From assembly GCA_038321985.1 (NCBI GenBank), contig JBBQFN010000002.1:32001-96000 (forward strand): 64,000 nt of DNA, read 5' to 3'. Position numbers and translations under genes: made by a program. Positions 1-10,078 of this stretch are shown here, one piece after another. The DNA is from Cyanophyceae cyanobacterium (GTDB taxonomy: Bacteria > Cyanobacteriota > Cyanobacteriia > Cyanobacteriales > Laspinemataceae). The notes under the pieces are model-generated. The model saw only the letters and a list, made by a program, of their open reading frames with translations, searched no databases and was not told where the DNA came from. Position 1 is the stretch's first letter, and every line of letters starts with the position of its first letter.

Positions 1-1886
1 ATGAAAAGTTCCCTGGCAGCTTTGATGGAACTGTCAAAAGCGCACTGGCGATGATTCACCCCAGCGATCGCCCCCGAGTAGAAAAAAAAGCCCTGCAATG
101 TAGCCAGGAAGGAATTGATTTCGATAGCGAATTTCGGATTCTCTTGCCCGGGGGTCAAGTGCGCTGGATGGAGGGAAAAGCTAGAGCATTTCAGGATGAA
201 ACGGGACAATCGATGCGGGTGATCGGGGTCAACATGGACATCACCGATCGCAAGTTAGCTGAAGAAGCCCTACGGGAGAGTGAACAGAGATTTCGTGCCG
301 CCCAAGAGCTCTCCCTGGATGCCTTTATCATTTTACACGCCCTCCGCGATACCGAGGGAGAGATTATCGATTTTGAGGGGGACTATGCCAACCCGAAAGC
401 CTCTGAAATCATGGGATATCCTATTGATGAATTAGTGGGTCATCGTCTCAGTCATCGCCTACCGGGATATAAAAGCAGTAGTGACCTTTTTGAACGCTAT
501 GCGCAGGTGACCGAAACCGGGATTCCTCACGATATCGAACTAGAATATAAAGCGGATGGTATCCGAGGCTGGTTCCGGAATGTGGCCGTCAAATTAGGAG
601 ACGGGGTGGCGGTTTCCTTTAGCAATATCACCGATCGCAAATTGCAGGAACAAGAACGATTACACCTGCTGGAATTGGAACGAGAAGCGCGATCACAAGC
701 GGAGGTTGCCAACCGCATTAAGGACGAATTCCTCGCCGTCTTATCCCATGAATTGCGATCTCCTCTTAACCCCATTCTGGGCTGGACACAATTGCTCAAA
801 AGGGGAACACTTTCCCCGGAAAAAACCCAACAAGCCTTAGAAATTATCGAACGCAATGCTAAATTACAAACTGAATTGATCGAAGACTTACTCGATGTAT
901 CTCGGATTCTGCGCGGGAAGCTAATTCTTACTCAAACCGCCGTAGAACTGCCTTATGTGATTGACTCGGCGATCGAAACTGTTCGCTTAGCAGCCCAGGC
1001 GAAATCTATAGAAATACACACCGAGTTTAGCCCCCATATCAGGCAAGTATTAGGAGATTCAAACCGCTTGCAGCAAGCTGTATGGAATCTGCTCTCCAAT
1101 GCTGTGAAGTTTACCCCCCCTAGAGGGCAAGTTACGATCCAACTCACTCAAGAGGAAGACTGGGGTCACATTCAGGTAAAAGATTCGGGCAGGGGAATTG
1201 ATCCGGACTTTTTGCCTCATGTCTTTGAAAACTTCCGACAAGCGGATAGTACCACGACTCGCACCTTTGGCGGACTCGGGTTAGGACTGGCGATCGCCCG
1301 TCACTTAGTCGAATTACATGGCGGCAAAATTTGGGCGAACAGTCCCGGATTGGGACAGGGAGCTATATTTACTATGAGTCTGCCTTTGTTACCGGAGTCT
1401 GGAGAATTTTCTCCCCCGGAGTCCATCGCCCCGGAGTTACCGAACTTACAGGGAATAAAAATACTCGTCGTCGATGATATTCCTGATACTCGGGAGTTTA
1501 TGGTTTTTGTGCTAGAAATGGAGGATGCCGTGGTCAAGGCGGTAGAGTCTGCACAGATGGCGATTTCTGTGATTCAGGAATGGCAACCGGATATATTGAT
1601 CAGTGATATTGGAATGCCTGAACTCGATGGCTACGGATTAATTCGCACGATCCGACTGCTCTCTCCCGAAGAAGGGGGGAGGATTCCCGCCATCGCCGTA
1701 ACCGCTTATGCCGCAGAGAGCGATCGCCAAGCCATTCTCGCGGCAGGGTTTAATACTCACATTCCTAAACCCGTGGAACCCTTAAAATTAGCTCGGGCGA
1801 TCGCCCGGTTGCTTCGGGTAGGCGATCGCCATTTTAGCCCGACCGAACCCCCAGGCAACGACCTCGGCTTATCCTCGCACATATAA
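1..1886 (+). CDS. Hybrid sensor histidine kinase/response regulator (PAS/PAC-HisKA-HATPase-REC), 5'-truncated by the window edge
   Basis: H-box FLAVLSHELRSPL, N-box NLLSNAVKFT, G-boxes DSGRGI/GGLGLGL, REC motif LISDIGMP. The frame is open from base 3, upstream of the ORF-track ATG at 51. Confidence 0.92.
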   Translation, partial: EKFPGSFDGTVKSALAMIHPSDRPRVEKKALQCSQEGIDFDSEFRILLPGGQVRWMEGKARAFQDETGQSMRVIGVNMDITDRKLAEEALRESEQRFRAAQELSLDAFIILHALRDTEGEIIDFEGDYANPKASEIMGYPIDELVGHRLSHRLPGYKSSSDLFERYAQVTETGIPHDIELEYKADGIRGWFRNVAVKLGDGVAVSFSNITDRKLQEQERLHLLELEREARSQAEVANRIKDEFLAVLSHELRSPLNPILGWTQLLKRGTLSPEKTQQALEIIERNAKLQTELIEDLLDVSRILRGKLILTQTAVELPYVIDSAIETVRLAAQAKSIEIHTEFSPHIRQVLGDSNRLQQAVWNLLSNAVKFTPPRGQVTIQLTQEEDWGHIQVKDSGRGIDPDFLPHVFENFRQADSTTTRTFGGLGLGLAIARHLVELHGGKIWANSPGLGQGAIFTMSLPLLPESGEFSPPESIAPELPNLQGIKILVVDDIPDTREFMVFVLEMEDAVVKAVESAQMAISVIQEWQPDILISDIGMPELDGYGLIRTIRLLSPEEGGRIPAIAVTAYAAESDRQAILAAGFNTHIPKPVEPLKLARAIARLLRVGDRHFSPTEPPGNDLGLSSHI

Positions 1887-4292
1887 TCGGCGGAAACGTT
1901 CCCCCTGAATCAGCCTCCCGTTAATCTTGACCTCGCGATCGTCAGCCCATGCTTGCTGAGGCTGGAACCCATGTAAATGAACTTGCACCTGATCATAAGG
2001 GAACGGATACTTTCCCTCTTCCTCCCATCTCACTTCCAATCCATTCTCATCTCGGACCATGTAAAAGCGATCGCTTCGTCCTTCCTCATACCCATCTCCG
2101 GCATCGCTATAGATCCATCCTTCCCCAGACCCTTGCCCCGGCGGATAAATGTGCAAAGTCAGACAATTTTCCTCCTCCATCGGCAGAATGCTTCCCGCCT
2201 TGACAAACACCGGAATCTGTTCAAGGGGAGTTTCCACCATCACCGATTCCCCGCCCTGGAACTGCCGTTCCTGCCAGAAGTCGTACCAATCGCCCTTGGG
2301 TAAACGGACTGAGCGCGATCGCATCCCTTTCTCGGTAACTGCCCACACGATCAGGGCATCCCCGAGTAAAAACCCATCCTCGATATCCCACAGGTCCGGG
2401 TCCTCCGGGTCTGCCCAAAACAGGGGACGCACCAAAGGATATCCCTTCTGACTCGTTTCCTGGGTCAAAGTATAAAAATAAGGGAGTAACCGATAACGCA
2501 GCTTCAAAAACTCTCTCACAATGCTCAGGCTTGGTTCTCCATAGACCCAAGGCGGACGCGCTTCTACATTATTCGAGGAATGGGTGCGATAAAAAGGCAT
2601 AAATGTTGCCATTTGGAACCAACGCAGGTATAATTCCGGTGAGGGATTGCCCTGGAACCCCCCAATATCCGGACCACTGTAGGGAATTCCTGACAATCCC
2701 AACCCTACCACCGTGGCGATGGTTTGATGGAGTGCGCCCCAACTGGATTCGATATCCCCCGTCCAAGTCCAGGCATAGCGTTGCAGTCCCGCCCAACCCG
2801 ACCGCGAAACAATAAACGGACGGCGATCGGGATGATGATTGCACAAACTCTCATATCCGGCCTGAGCTTGCAACAGCCCATAAAAATTGTGAGCTTCGCG
2901 GTGATCACCCCCCCGACCTTCCATAAAATGCTTCGTTGATCGCGGGGGTAAAGTACCATCTCCCCAGGCCACAAAACAGGCGGGTTCGTTCATATCATGC
3001 CAAAATCCTGTTACCCCCGCATCCAGCAAATAGAGATACTGGCGACTCCACCAGTGGCGGACTTTGGAGTTTGTAAAATCAGGGAACACCGACCAACCGG
3101 GCCAAACCGGGGCCGAGACTAGGGTGCCATCGGACCGGGTGCAAAACGCCCCGAGTAACTGACCTTCCAAAAATAGGTTACTTTGGCGGCTATACTTAAT
3201 TCCGGGGTTAAGAATGGCAATAAACCGCACCCCCTTGTCTAACAAGTCTTGAGTAAATTTTGGTAGATTAGGAAAACGTTCTGGATCGATGGTGAAGGCG
3301 CGAAACCCAACTTGGCAATCAATATCTAGATGGACTGCACTCAAGGGCAAATCCTGCGCTTGAAATTCCTCTACCATTTCTTGTATAACTTCTTCGGTGC
3401 GATATCCCCAACGAGATTGATGATATCCCAGTGCCCACCGGGGGGGTAACGGCGATCGCCCGGTCAACTCTGTATAACGCTCCAACAACTGCGCCGGTTT
3501 GCCCGAGGTAAAGTAGTAACGCAGAGAACCGCCCTCAAAATCCGCAGTGGCGACATCCGCAAAAGTAAAATGACCTTCATAGGAATTTTCATAGAAAATC
3601 AGGTAACTGCCGTTACGGTGCAGTCCTAAATAAAGAGGGATAGAAATATACATGGGGTCAGAACCCGGAGTATATTTCCCGGCAGCGTCGAAGTTCCAAA
3701 TCCGAAAGGTTTTAGGGTTACCCTTTTTATCTTGATCACGGCGTAGATTCAGGGAAGAAGCACGTTCTCCCAACCCATAAATCCCTTCCTCCTGTTCTAG
3801 GGGGGCGCGATGAATCCATCCCTCCTCTTTGCGCTGGGGTGGCAGTTCTTGCCGTAAGAGATTCCCCGCGCGATCGCGCCATTGCACCGATCCATCCAGG
3901 GTAACTGTAATCTGTAACTCGGCACTCTCCAGAGTCCATCCGTCCCCCGAGTTGGCTAAAGTTGTCTCCACCTCCGGCCAATCTTGACGGACGATCGCAT
4001 AGGGAATCGGTTCGACTCCCGGTTTCCAATCTATTCGCACCAAGTCCCCGGTTAAAAAGGAAATATGCAGTTCCGCTAGTTCAAAATAGAACGTTGCCCC
4101 CCTGGGGCTAGATTCTGCCCTCAGTAATTTTCCCGGATGATCAAAGGAGTCAGCCGTGGCAAGTTTGGGTTCTTGACGTTCCACGCGATCGCGTTCCCAG
4201 GAATATAAGAAGGCGGGAATCGTATATTTAAGGTAAAAAAGACCAATGATATAGTATCGAAATTTGAGAGAAATTTGTTTCAGAAGTGTCAT
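1869..4292 (-). CDS. Glycoside hydrolase family 31 (alpha-glucosidase-like)
   Basis: GH31 nucleophile motif GFWHDMNEP, acid/base motif WTGDI, and GPDIGGF. Start moved to ATG 4292 (MTLLKQ). 3' end overlaps the convergent kinase gene by 18 bp. Confidence 0.92.
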   Translation of the reverse strand: MTLLKQISLKFRYYIIGLFYLKYTIPAFLYSWERDRVERQEPKLATADSFDHPGKLLRAESSPRGATFYFELAELHISFLTGDLVRIDWKPGVEPIPYAIVRQDWPEVETTLANSGDGWTLESAELQITVTLDGSVQWRDRAGNLLRQELPPQRKEEGWIHRAPLEQEEGIYGLGERASSLNLRRDQDKKGNPKTFRIWNFDAAGKYTPGSDPMYISIPLYLGLHRNGSYLIFYENSYEGHFTFADVATADFEGGSLRYYFTSGKPAQLLERYTELTGRSPLPPRWALGYHQSRWGYRTEEVIQEMVEEFQAQDLPLSAVHLDIDCQVGFRAFTIDPERFPNLPKFTQDLLDKGVRFIAILNPGIKYSRQSNLFLEGQLLGAFCTRSDGTLVSAPVWPGWSVFPDFTNSKVRHWWSRQYLYLLDAGVTGFWHDMNEPACFVAWGDGTLPPRSTKHFMEGRGGDHREAHNFYGLLQAQAGYESLCNHHPDRRPFIVSRSGWAGLQRYAWTWTGDIESSWGALHQTIATVVGLGLSGIPYSGPDIGGFQGNPSPELYLRWFQMATFMPFYRTHSSNNVEARPPWVYGEPSLSIVREFLKLRYRLLPYFYTLTQETSQKGYPLVRPLFWADPEDPDLWDIEDGFLLGDALIVWAVTEKGMRSRSVRLPKGDWYDFWQERQFQGGESVMVETPLEQIPVFVKAGSILPMEEENCLTLHIYPPGQGSGEGWIYSDAGDGYEEGRSDRFYMVRDENGLEVRWEEEGKYPFPYDQVQVHLHGFQPQQAWADDREVKINGRLIQGERFRRLYVRG

Positions 4293-4473
4293 AAATTTGC
4301 CAGTAATGACCCGGGTTTGCTTCCAGGGGGAGCAAAAGGCGATCGCTCCGTTAACTGTTCTATCTTGGCAACTTGCCGGGGCGATCGCGATCAACCCTGA
4401 GAAAGATTTTTAGGCGTTACACACTCCTGATGGGTAGCTGACCCTACCCACTCCGCTTTTTAAGTCCTAACTA

Positions 4474-5022
4474 CTAAGGAATTACGGTCACCGTTGTGCC
4501 GATTTGCACTTGATCGTACAAGGCGATCGCATCTTGATCGAACATTCGGGCGCATCCCGAGGATTCCGCCCCTCCGATTGACTGCGGAGAGTGAGTCCCG
4601 TGAAAGCCGATCGCATTATTGCCGTCCGTCCAAAATGCGATCCATCTTGGCCCTAAAGGATTTTGAGGCACCCCTGCGGGGATGACTTCCCCGGTAAACG
4701 GACTTTCCCACACCGGATCTTTAACCATCTGAAACACGCGAAATGTCCCCAAGGGAGTTTCTGAACCGGGTTTACCGACGGCAACCGGATAAGAGGACTG
4801 TAAAACATTATTGTGATAAACATATACCCGGCGATCGCTCAAAGATAAGATTAGATGGCTTTGATTAGGGACAGGAGTCCTATAAGCTGTTTCCTGTAAA
4901 CTTATCGTCTCTAGTTCAGGAACCCTAGGGGAACTTGCTAAATCATTAGGAGTAGAGTGAGCGGGGGCGCTACCTAAAGCCAGTATTAAAGTACCTAAGA
5001 CAGAAATGTGACGGAGGAACAT
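4474..5022 (-). CDS. L,D-transpeptidase (YkuD/ErfK family) with signal peptide
   Basis: YPVAVGK, TPLGTF, IGFHGT...SSGCARM catalytic His/Cys motif, hydrophobic N-terminus. Confidence 0.9.
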   Translation of the reverse strand: MFLRHISVLGTLILALGSAPAHSTPNDLASSPRVPELETISLQETAYRTPVPNQSHLILSLSDRRVYVYHNNVLQSSYPVAVGKPGSETPLGTFRVFQMVKDPVWESPFTGEVIPAGVPQNPLGPRWIAFWTDGNNAIGFHGTHSPQSIGGAESSGCARMFDQDAIALYDQVQIGTTVTVIP

Positions 5023-5277
5023 AGCAATCCCTAACTTCGATCAGTAATTGCAGTTTACAGAAGTTACTCTTTGAACTACGGACTCTACTGTTCCACTATT
5101 ATGATTGGATGTTTTTGGGGTGGCGATCGCTAAGCCAACACCCCAACCCAAAGGAGACAGTTAACTAACTGGTTCTATCCCTCCCGGGACAGCACAAAAA
5201 CTGTCTGAATATTCCTGAAAAACTAGAAAAATATTCCGGACAATCAGAATAGAAACCCGATGGAGAAAACCCAGATT

Positions 5278-5415
5278 ATGAACACTCAAGCACAACCTTC
5301 AACTCAGCCTCAAACTGCGAGTGCTCAGACTGAATTAGAAAAAGCAGCCCAGGACTTTGGTCGTGCTTTAGTGGTGTACTTAGCGTGGAAGTCCACGGGT
5401 TTACTCGACCCCTAA
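5278..5415 (+). CDS. Small hypothetical protein, 45 aa (MNTQAQPSTQPQTASAQTELEKAAQDFGRALVVYLAWKSTGLLDP)
   Basis: Hand-translated; below the ORF-track cutoff. GGAG lies upstream and there is an alternative in-frame ATG at 5260. Amphipathic-helix-like C-terminal half. Confidence 0.5.
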   Translation: MNTQAQPSTQPQTASAQTELEKAAQDFGRALVVYLAWKSTGLLDP

Positions 5416-5491
5416 CGCACCCTCGGTGAACAGAAGAATACCAGCGTCCGATACATGATGGAAACCGGACTTACCACACACCCGGGGTAGA

Positions 5492-5593
5492 TATAGCAAT
5501 TCCTAAATCAGTTTTATCGAAAAATAGCGAGCAAGAAGCCTAGACTTCTTGCTCGCTTGGTATATTAAAACTCATTTAAGATTGCTTGCTATA
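5492..5593. mobile_element. MITE-like ~100-bp element with imperfect terminal inverted repeats and an internal perfect hairpin
   Basis: Left end TATAGCAATTCCTAAATCAGTTTT; right end AAAACTCATTTAAGATTGCTTGCTATA. Internal 13-bp stem AGCGAGCAAGAAG/CTTCTTGCTCGCT (5526-5557). Confidence 0.6.
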
Positions 5594-5668
5594 GTTGGGG
5601 CAATTTATGAAGTGCTTCTACCGATTTGCCTCAGCCTGGGGGAAAAAAATCATCCCCCACCCCAAAAC

Positions 5669-5695
5669 AAAAGCCCCCATCCAAGGGGGCCTTTT
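5669..5695. terminator. Possible bidirectional intrinsic terminator between the convergent micro-ORFs
   Basis: AAAAGCCCCC-ATCCAA-GGGGGCCTTTT stem with A/T tails. Confidence 0.45.
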
Positions 5696-5772
5696 CAGGC
5701 TTTAAACAATTTGACATGGGTCAATATAAGTAAATCTACGCCCTAAGAGCGACATTGAAAATTTGTTGAAAT

Positions 5773-5928
5773 TTAAGGCGTCCAGCTTGCTTCAAGGAGG
5801 CGATGTTTCCGAAAACTGGCCCGGATGTGGCTGGAATAGCTGAGGGCTCGCACGAAGTGTTCGGCCAATTCTTTGATGTGGATGGACAGGGTGCGAGATT
5901 CGGTAGTAGTTTGAGCGTCATTTTCCAT
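5773..5928 (-). CDS. Small hypothetical protein, 51 aa (MENDAQTTTESRTLSIHIKELAEHFVRALSYSSHIRASFRKHRLLEASWTP)
   Basis: Hand-translated; AGAGGA Shine-Dalgarno-like sequence just upstream of the ATG. Better supported than the overlapping ORF-track frames. Confidence 0.5.
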   Translation of the reverse strand: MENDAQTTTESRTLSIHIKELAEHFVRALSYSSHIRASFRKHRLLEASWTP

Positions 5929-6524
5929 GACTTTATCCTCTTTTTTGGCTTGAGTTTGGCAGAGTGTCGAGTTCTAACCATCCTAGTTATATTTTACATC
6001 ACCCTAAACCTTTAATTAAACGAAAATTTATCAACGCTCTTAAAATGGGATACCGGATAGGATTTCAACCCGACACTTATAATCATCCCATTTTTTTTCA
6101 AGGTAGGCCGTGATGATTTGGGGTCAAACTAGGTGATAGTTTGGGGGTTTTTCAGCGATCGCCGTCACAGGTAGGATGGACTTAGGCAACCCGCATCAAT
6201 AGCACCAGTTCACTTTCTACAGTGGGCTGAGGCAGGGGCGATGGTTGGGAAGAGACGGGAGTGGACTCGGTAGATTTTGGGAAGAAGAAAGTAATGATTT
6301 CCATGATAGATGCGTCCTTTAACTTGATGACTCAACTATCAGCCAGAGTCAACCGGATCGGGCGATCGCCTGTGGCACTCTTTGAATTGGTTCTTTCATT
6401 CCCCCGATCCAGCGAAGTCTGGGTTCCCATCACTGGGCGTAACAGTGGACAGTTGCAAAAGTGGCGATCTCAGCGGAACTAGGATAAAATGCTGAGTGTT
6501 ACTGCCGCCCAACCTTAATCTCTC

Positions 6525-6911
6525 ATGGTTCTATCTGACCCTTCCACTGCTCATCCAGGGCCTGACCCCGCTTACGATTCAGGCGGGTTCCACACTCACG
6601 CCAATCACGCCCACGACTCAGACAGGCACTCCCATGTGCACGTTCATAGTGAAGAATCCCTACGTCGCCTGGTCAATCGGCTTTCTCGCATTGAAGGTCA
6701 TATCCGGGGGATTAAAACCATGGTCCAAGAAAGCCGCCCCTGTCCGGAAGTCCTTCTCCAAGTTGCTGCGGTGCGAGGTGCACTCGATCGCGTCGCCCGG
6801 ATTGTCCTAGACGAACACCTCACCGAATGCCTAGCCCGCGCTGCCAAAGAGGGTAATATCGACGATGAAATCGAAGAACTCAAAGCCGCCCTGGACCGCT
6901 TTCTACCCTAG
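6525..6911 (+). CDS. inrS: CsoR/RcnR-family metal-sensing repressor, InrS-like (Ni sensor)
   Basis: His-rich N-terminus (HSHVHVH), NRLSRIEGH, C-PEVLLQ and DEHLTEC metal ligands. Confidence 0.82.
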   Translation: MVLSDPSTAHPGPDPAYDSGGFHTHANHAHDSDRHSHVHVHSEESLRRLVNRLSRIEGHIRGIKTMVQESRPCPEVLLQVAAVRGALDRVARIVLDEHLTECLARAAKEGNIDDEIEELKAALDRFLP

Positions 6912-6936
6912 CTTGCCAAGGGTGTCAGTGCGGCTT

Positions 6937-7296
6937 TTAGAGTAAAAAGGTTTCGATGGAGCTACTCACTAACGCAAGCGCCAATGCCCCAAAAACAGCA
7001 GTTGTGAGGCCCTTTTCCAAGCGGAAACCAGGAACCAAACGAGCGGCCACAGCAAAAACAATCACGTTCATCACAAAGGCAAATAACCCTGACAGCAATC
7101 CCAAAGTCAGCACGTTGGGGATGAAGAAGAGAGCTTTAAGCAGGGGTAAAATTAAAACATTTAATCCCCCCAACGCAGCAGCCGCGACGACTGCTTTCGG
7201 CGGACTTTCAATCTCAATTCCTAGGGGCAATCGAGAAATTAACAATAAGCTACTGAAGGTCACTAACCAGGCAATCAAAATCTCTACAGGTTGCAT
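6937..7296 (-). CDS. 4-TM membrane protein, YvlD/DUF360 ('phage holin family')
   Basis: Four hydrophobic segments; LTLGLL...VMN...LVPGF pattern. Start moved to ATG 7296. Confidence 0.75.
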   Translation of the reverse strand: MQPVEILIAWLVTFSSLLLISRLPLGIEIESPPKAVVAAAALGGLNVLILPLLKALFFIPNVLTLGLLSGLFAFVMNVIVFAVAARLVPGFRLEKGLTTAVFGALALALVSSSIETFLL

Positions 7297-7607
7297 TGTT
7301 ATATTTTCCTTTAATCTAAAGAGCAAATCAAACTTTCACTCTTTCACCTTATCTCTTGTCCTCGGACATGACCTCTGCTTTAAGATATAACTCTCTGTGC
7401 CGAAAGGTGATTTTCGCTGGGCTGCATGGAACATTTTTTAGATTAAAACCCCTTGCCCAATTCAGTCTACTAAAACCTATACCTTAAAAGCTGCGGCTAT
7501 CGGCTATACAGACAAAACTTGCCCGATAGCCGCACCCTACATATACTGGGTGTTGGTTTTAGAGAGCTTCAAGAACCGAATGAAATATCAAAATCAACAG
7601 CAGTTGA

Positions 7608-9926
7608 TTACGCTTCAATCACCACGCGCAGATTGCCGCGTTTTTTCGTAACCCGGCAGGCGGTGGTAGTTCCGGACCGCTCAAATTCTAAATCGAGTAA
7701 GGTTGATCCGACTCGCAGATTCTGCATAGACAGACTGTCGATCCCCTCCGGTAGGGCGGGATCGATAATTCTTAGATAATTTCCCGGCGCATCCGGCACC
7801 AAATTCGCCATTATATGAATGAATTGGAAGATACTGCCACTCGCCCAGGCTTGCGGAGAACAGGCGACGGGATACTGTACAGGTTCATTTCCCTCACTGC
7901 GATCATATCCACAGAACAGTTCTGGAGGACGTTGATAGGGTTGCATAATCGTCATATCCAGGATACTTTGGGTCACTTCCAGAGCTTGATCAATGCACCC
8001 TTGCGATCGCAATCCCAAAGCAATCAAGGCGTTATCGTGAGGCCAAACTGACCCGGTATGATATCCCATGGGATTGTAGGCCGGAGATAAGCGGCTGAGG
8101 GTGCGAATCCCCCACCCACTAAACAAATCCGGTGCCAGGAGTCGTTCCGCGACACTTTGTGCCTTTTCTGGAGTAAAAATGCCCAAATTCAAACAATGGC
8201 CGGGATTGGAGGCAATACCATCTACTGGCTTGCCTTGCCCATCCAAGGCTAAGGCGCAGAAATCCAGGTCAGAGACCCAAAAATCCCGGTTGAAGCGGTT
8301 TTTCAAGTTGCGGGCCTCTTCTTCCCAACGTTCGGCTAAATCCAGGCGCTTTTTCAACCGTGCCAGTTCGCTGAGGCGCTGTTTGGCCCCATAGACGTAA
8401 GCCTGGACTTCACATAAGGCGATCGGGGCGTCGGCTAATTTGCCATCGCGATCGACGATGCAATCGCTTGAGTCTTTCCAACCTTGGTTAGCTAAACCCC
8501 GATTTGATTTACAAGCATAAGTGAGATAACCGCTGGATTCCATCTCGCGATCGATCCATTCCATCGCCGCTATGGCATTCTCCCACAGGCGATCGAGGGT
8601 GTCTCGGTCGTGAGTCCAGGCGTAGTATTCTGCATAAAGCATCAACCATAGGGGAGTCGCATCGACGGTCCCGTAATAGGGAGTATGAGGAACTTCGTTA
8701 CATCGTGCCATTTCCCCTAGGCGGATTTCATGCAAAATCTTGCCCGGTTGTTCATCGCGCCATTCATCCCAGGTTTTACCTTGATATTCCGCCAGAATTT
8801 CCAGGGTCGATCGCGCGATCGCCGGGTCTAAAATTAGGGTCTGAGATGCTGCAATAATCGAGTCCCGGCCGAACAAGGTGGAAAACCAAGGAATTCCTGC
8901 GGATAGGGCTTTGCCTTTCCCCCAACTTTGCCGCAGCAGATAAATATCTTGTTCCGCTTGCTCGATCGCCTGGTTGATAGCTTTATTATTTGTGCGAATC
9001 CGGGTGGCAGCATTGCGCCACTCTTCCTCTTCCATCAAAACCGATGCTTTCGCCTGAACCAGACTCCCGGGCTTATCTCCAGCGTTTGTGGGCCGGCTGT
9101 CCGTCAGCAATTGCAGCCGATAGCCAAATACTTGAGTTTCGTGAGAGTCGATCTCTAAGTTCCAGACGCCCGTATATCCATCCAGATAATCGGGTTGGCG
9201 ATGGACAAACTTGATGCGCGATTCCATCACCGAACCGTCCAGCCCTTTGTAGGCTAATATTAGCTCCTCGGGCCGGTTCATCTGATGAGAAGAATTCACC
9301 GATCGCCCGGGGTTTTCTTCTTCTTGCATCGGTTCTTCTGGATTATCCCCATGTTCCCCTGCACCATTGCCATTGTGCGATCCATTATTGTCGGGTTGAT
9401 CCTGTCGCAGAAGCTGCCCTCGGGCCTCCCGACTAAATCCCCGAATTTCAAACAAATCTACAAAATCCGCCCCAAAGCTCAGGGTGAGTTGAAATTTAAC
9501 CGGCTGGGTGTTATAGTTTGTTACCTTGAGTTCTTCAAACAATCCGCCATTTAAGATAATATCCCGTTGAATGCCGATAGTCTCCGCCCGAATGCGATCG
9601 CCAATCCGGGGATTGGCGCACAATACAGACATGGCGAAACCCTTACGAGCATTGCTACTCAGCAGAATGGGTGCATGAGCCTCAATCTGGAGTTCTAAGC
9701 GACTTAAGAAGCGGGTATCGTGACAGAACAAACCCATGCTACCTTGACGTTCGTCTGTGAGCAAACCTGCGATATTGCCAATAGTATCGGTAATTAAAAA
9801 TAGATCGTCATCTTTGAGGGTGAGGGTTGGTTGGGGATGTTCACTCACCACACTCGGCCACTTGGCGATCTCTGCTGCTTCAGCGGGAACGAATAATTTC
9901 CCTTCGATTTCTACGGTATCTGACAT
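7608..9926 (-). CDS. Amylo-alpha-1,6-glucosidase (glycogen debranching enzyme-like)
   Basis: AGIPWFSTLFGRD, EQPGKILHE, YYGTVDATPL, NQGWKDS, YHTGSVWPHD and ACSPQAW motifs. Confidence 0.9.
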   Translation of the reverse strand: MSDTVEIEGKLFVPAEAAEIAKWPSVVSEHPQPTLTLKDDDLFLITDTIGNIAGLLTDERQGSMGLFCHDTRFLSRLELQIEAHAPILLSSNARKGFAMSVLCANPRIGDRIRAETIGIQRDIILNGGLFEELKVTNYNTQPVKFQLTLSFGADFVDLFEIRGFSREARGQLLRQDQPDNNGSHNGNGAGEHGDNPEEPMQEEENPGRSVNSSHQMNRPEELILAYKGLDGSVMESRIKFVHRQPDYLDGYTGVWNLEIDSHETQVFGYRLQLLTDSRPTNAGDKPGSLVQAKASVLMEEEEWRNAATRIRTNNKAINQAIEQAEQDIYLLRQSWGKGKALSAGIPWFSTLFGRDSIIAASQTLILDPAIARSTLEILAEYQGKTWDEWRDEQPGKILHEIRLGEMARCNEVPHTPYYGTVDATPLWLMLYAEYYAWTHDRDTLDRLWENAIAAMEWIDREMESSGYLTYACKSNRGLANQGWKDSSDCIVDRDGKLADAPIALCEVQAYVYGAKQRLSELARLKKRLDLAERWEEEARNLKNRFNRDFWVSDLDFCALALDGQGKPVDGIASNPGHCLNLGIFTPEKAQSVAERLLAPDLFSGWGIRTLSRLSPAYNPMGYHTGSVWPHDNALIALGLRSQGCIDQALEVTQSILDMTIMQPYQRPPELFCGYDRSEGNEPVQYPVACSPQAWASGSIFQFIHIMANLVPDAPGNYLRIIDPALPEGIDSLSMQNLRVGSTLLDLEFERSGTTTACRVTKKRGNLRVVIEA

Positions 9927-9952
9927 GATTTTAAAACTTTCGCGTCAACATT

Positions 9953-10004
9953 AAAAAGGCAGTCGCAGAAATTTAGACTGAGCCAAATTTTTTACGACCG
10001 CCTT
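9953..10004 (-). terminator. Long stem-loop plus U-run upstream of the debranching-enzyme start
   Basis: Minus-strand RNA AAGGCGGUCGUAAAAAAUUUGG-CUCAGU-CUAAAUUUCUGCGACUGCCUUUUU, with three G-U wobbles on this strand. Confidence 0.5.
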
Positions 10005-10078
10005 ATTCATTATAACTTTCTATTTTAGGATGACCGAGGTTTGGGGCAGCCACCTCGGAATGGGGGATAAATCTCTTG

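Noticed and set aside
5208..5240. TCCGGA at 5235 and the AATATTCC direct repeat as a DIF1 promoter
   Set aside because: No convincing -10 element at the expected spacing on either strand; a 6-mer alone is expected by chance.
5549..6482. ORF-track frames 5549-5746, 5736-5981, 5803-6015 and 6261-6482
   Set aside because: No clear ribosome-binding sites or protein-like motifs; they overlap repeats or the better-supported 5773-5928 ORF.
6937..7296. 'Phage holin' as evidence of a prophage
   Set aside because: YvlD/DUF360 proteins are common chromosomal membrane proteins, and no phage genes are nearby.
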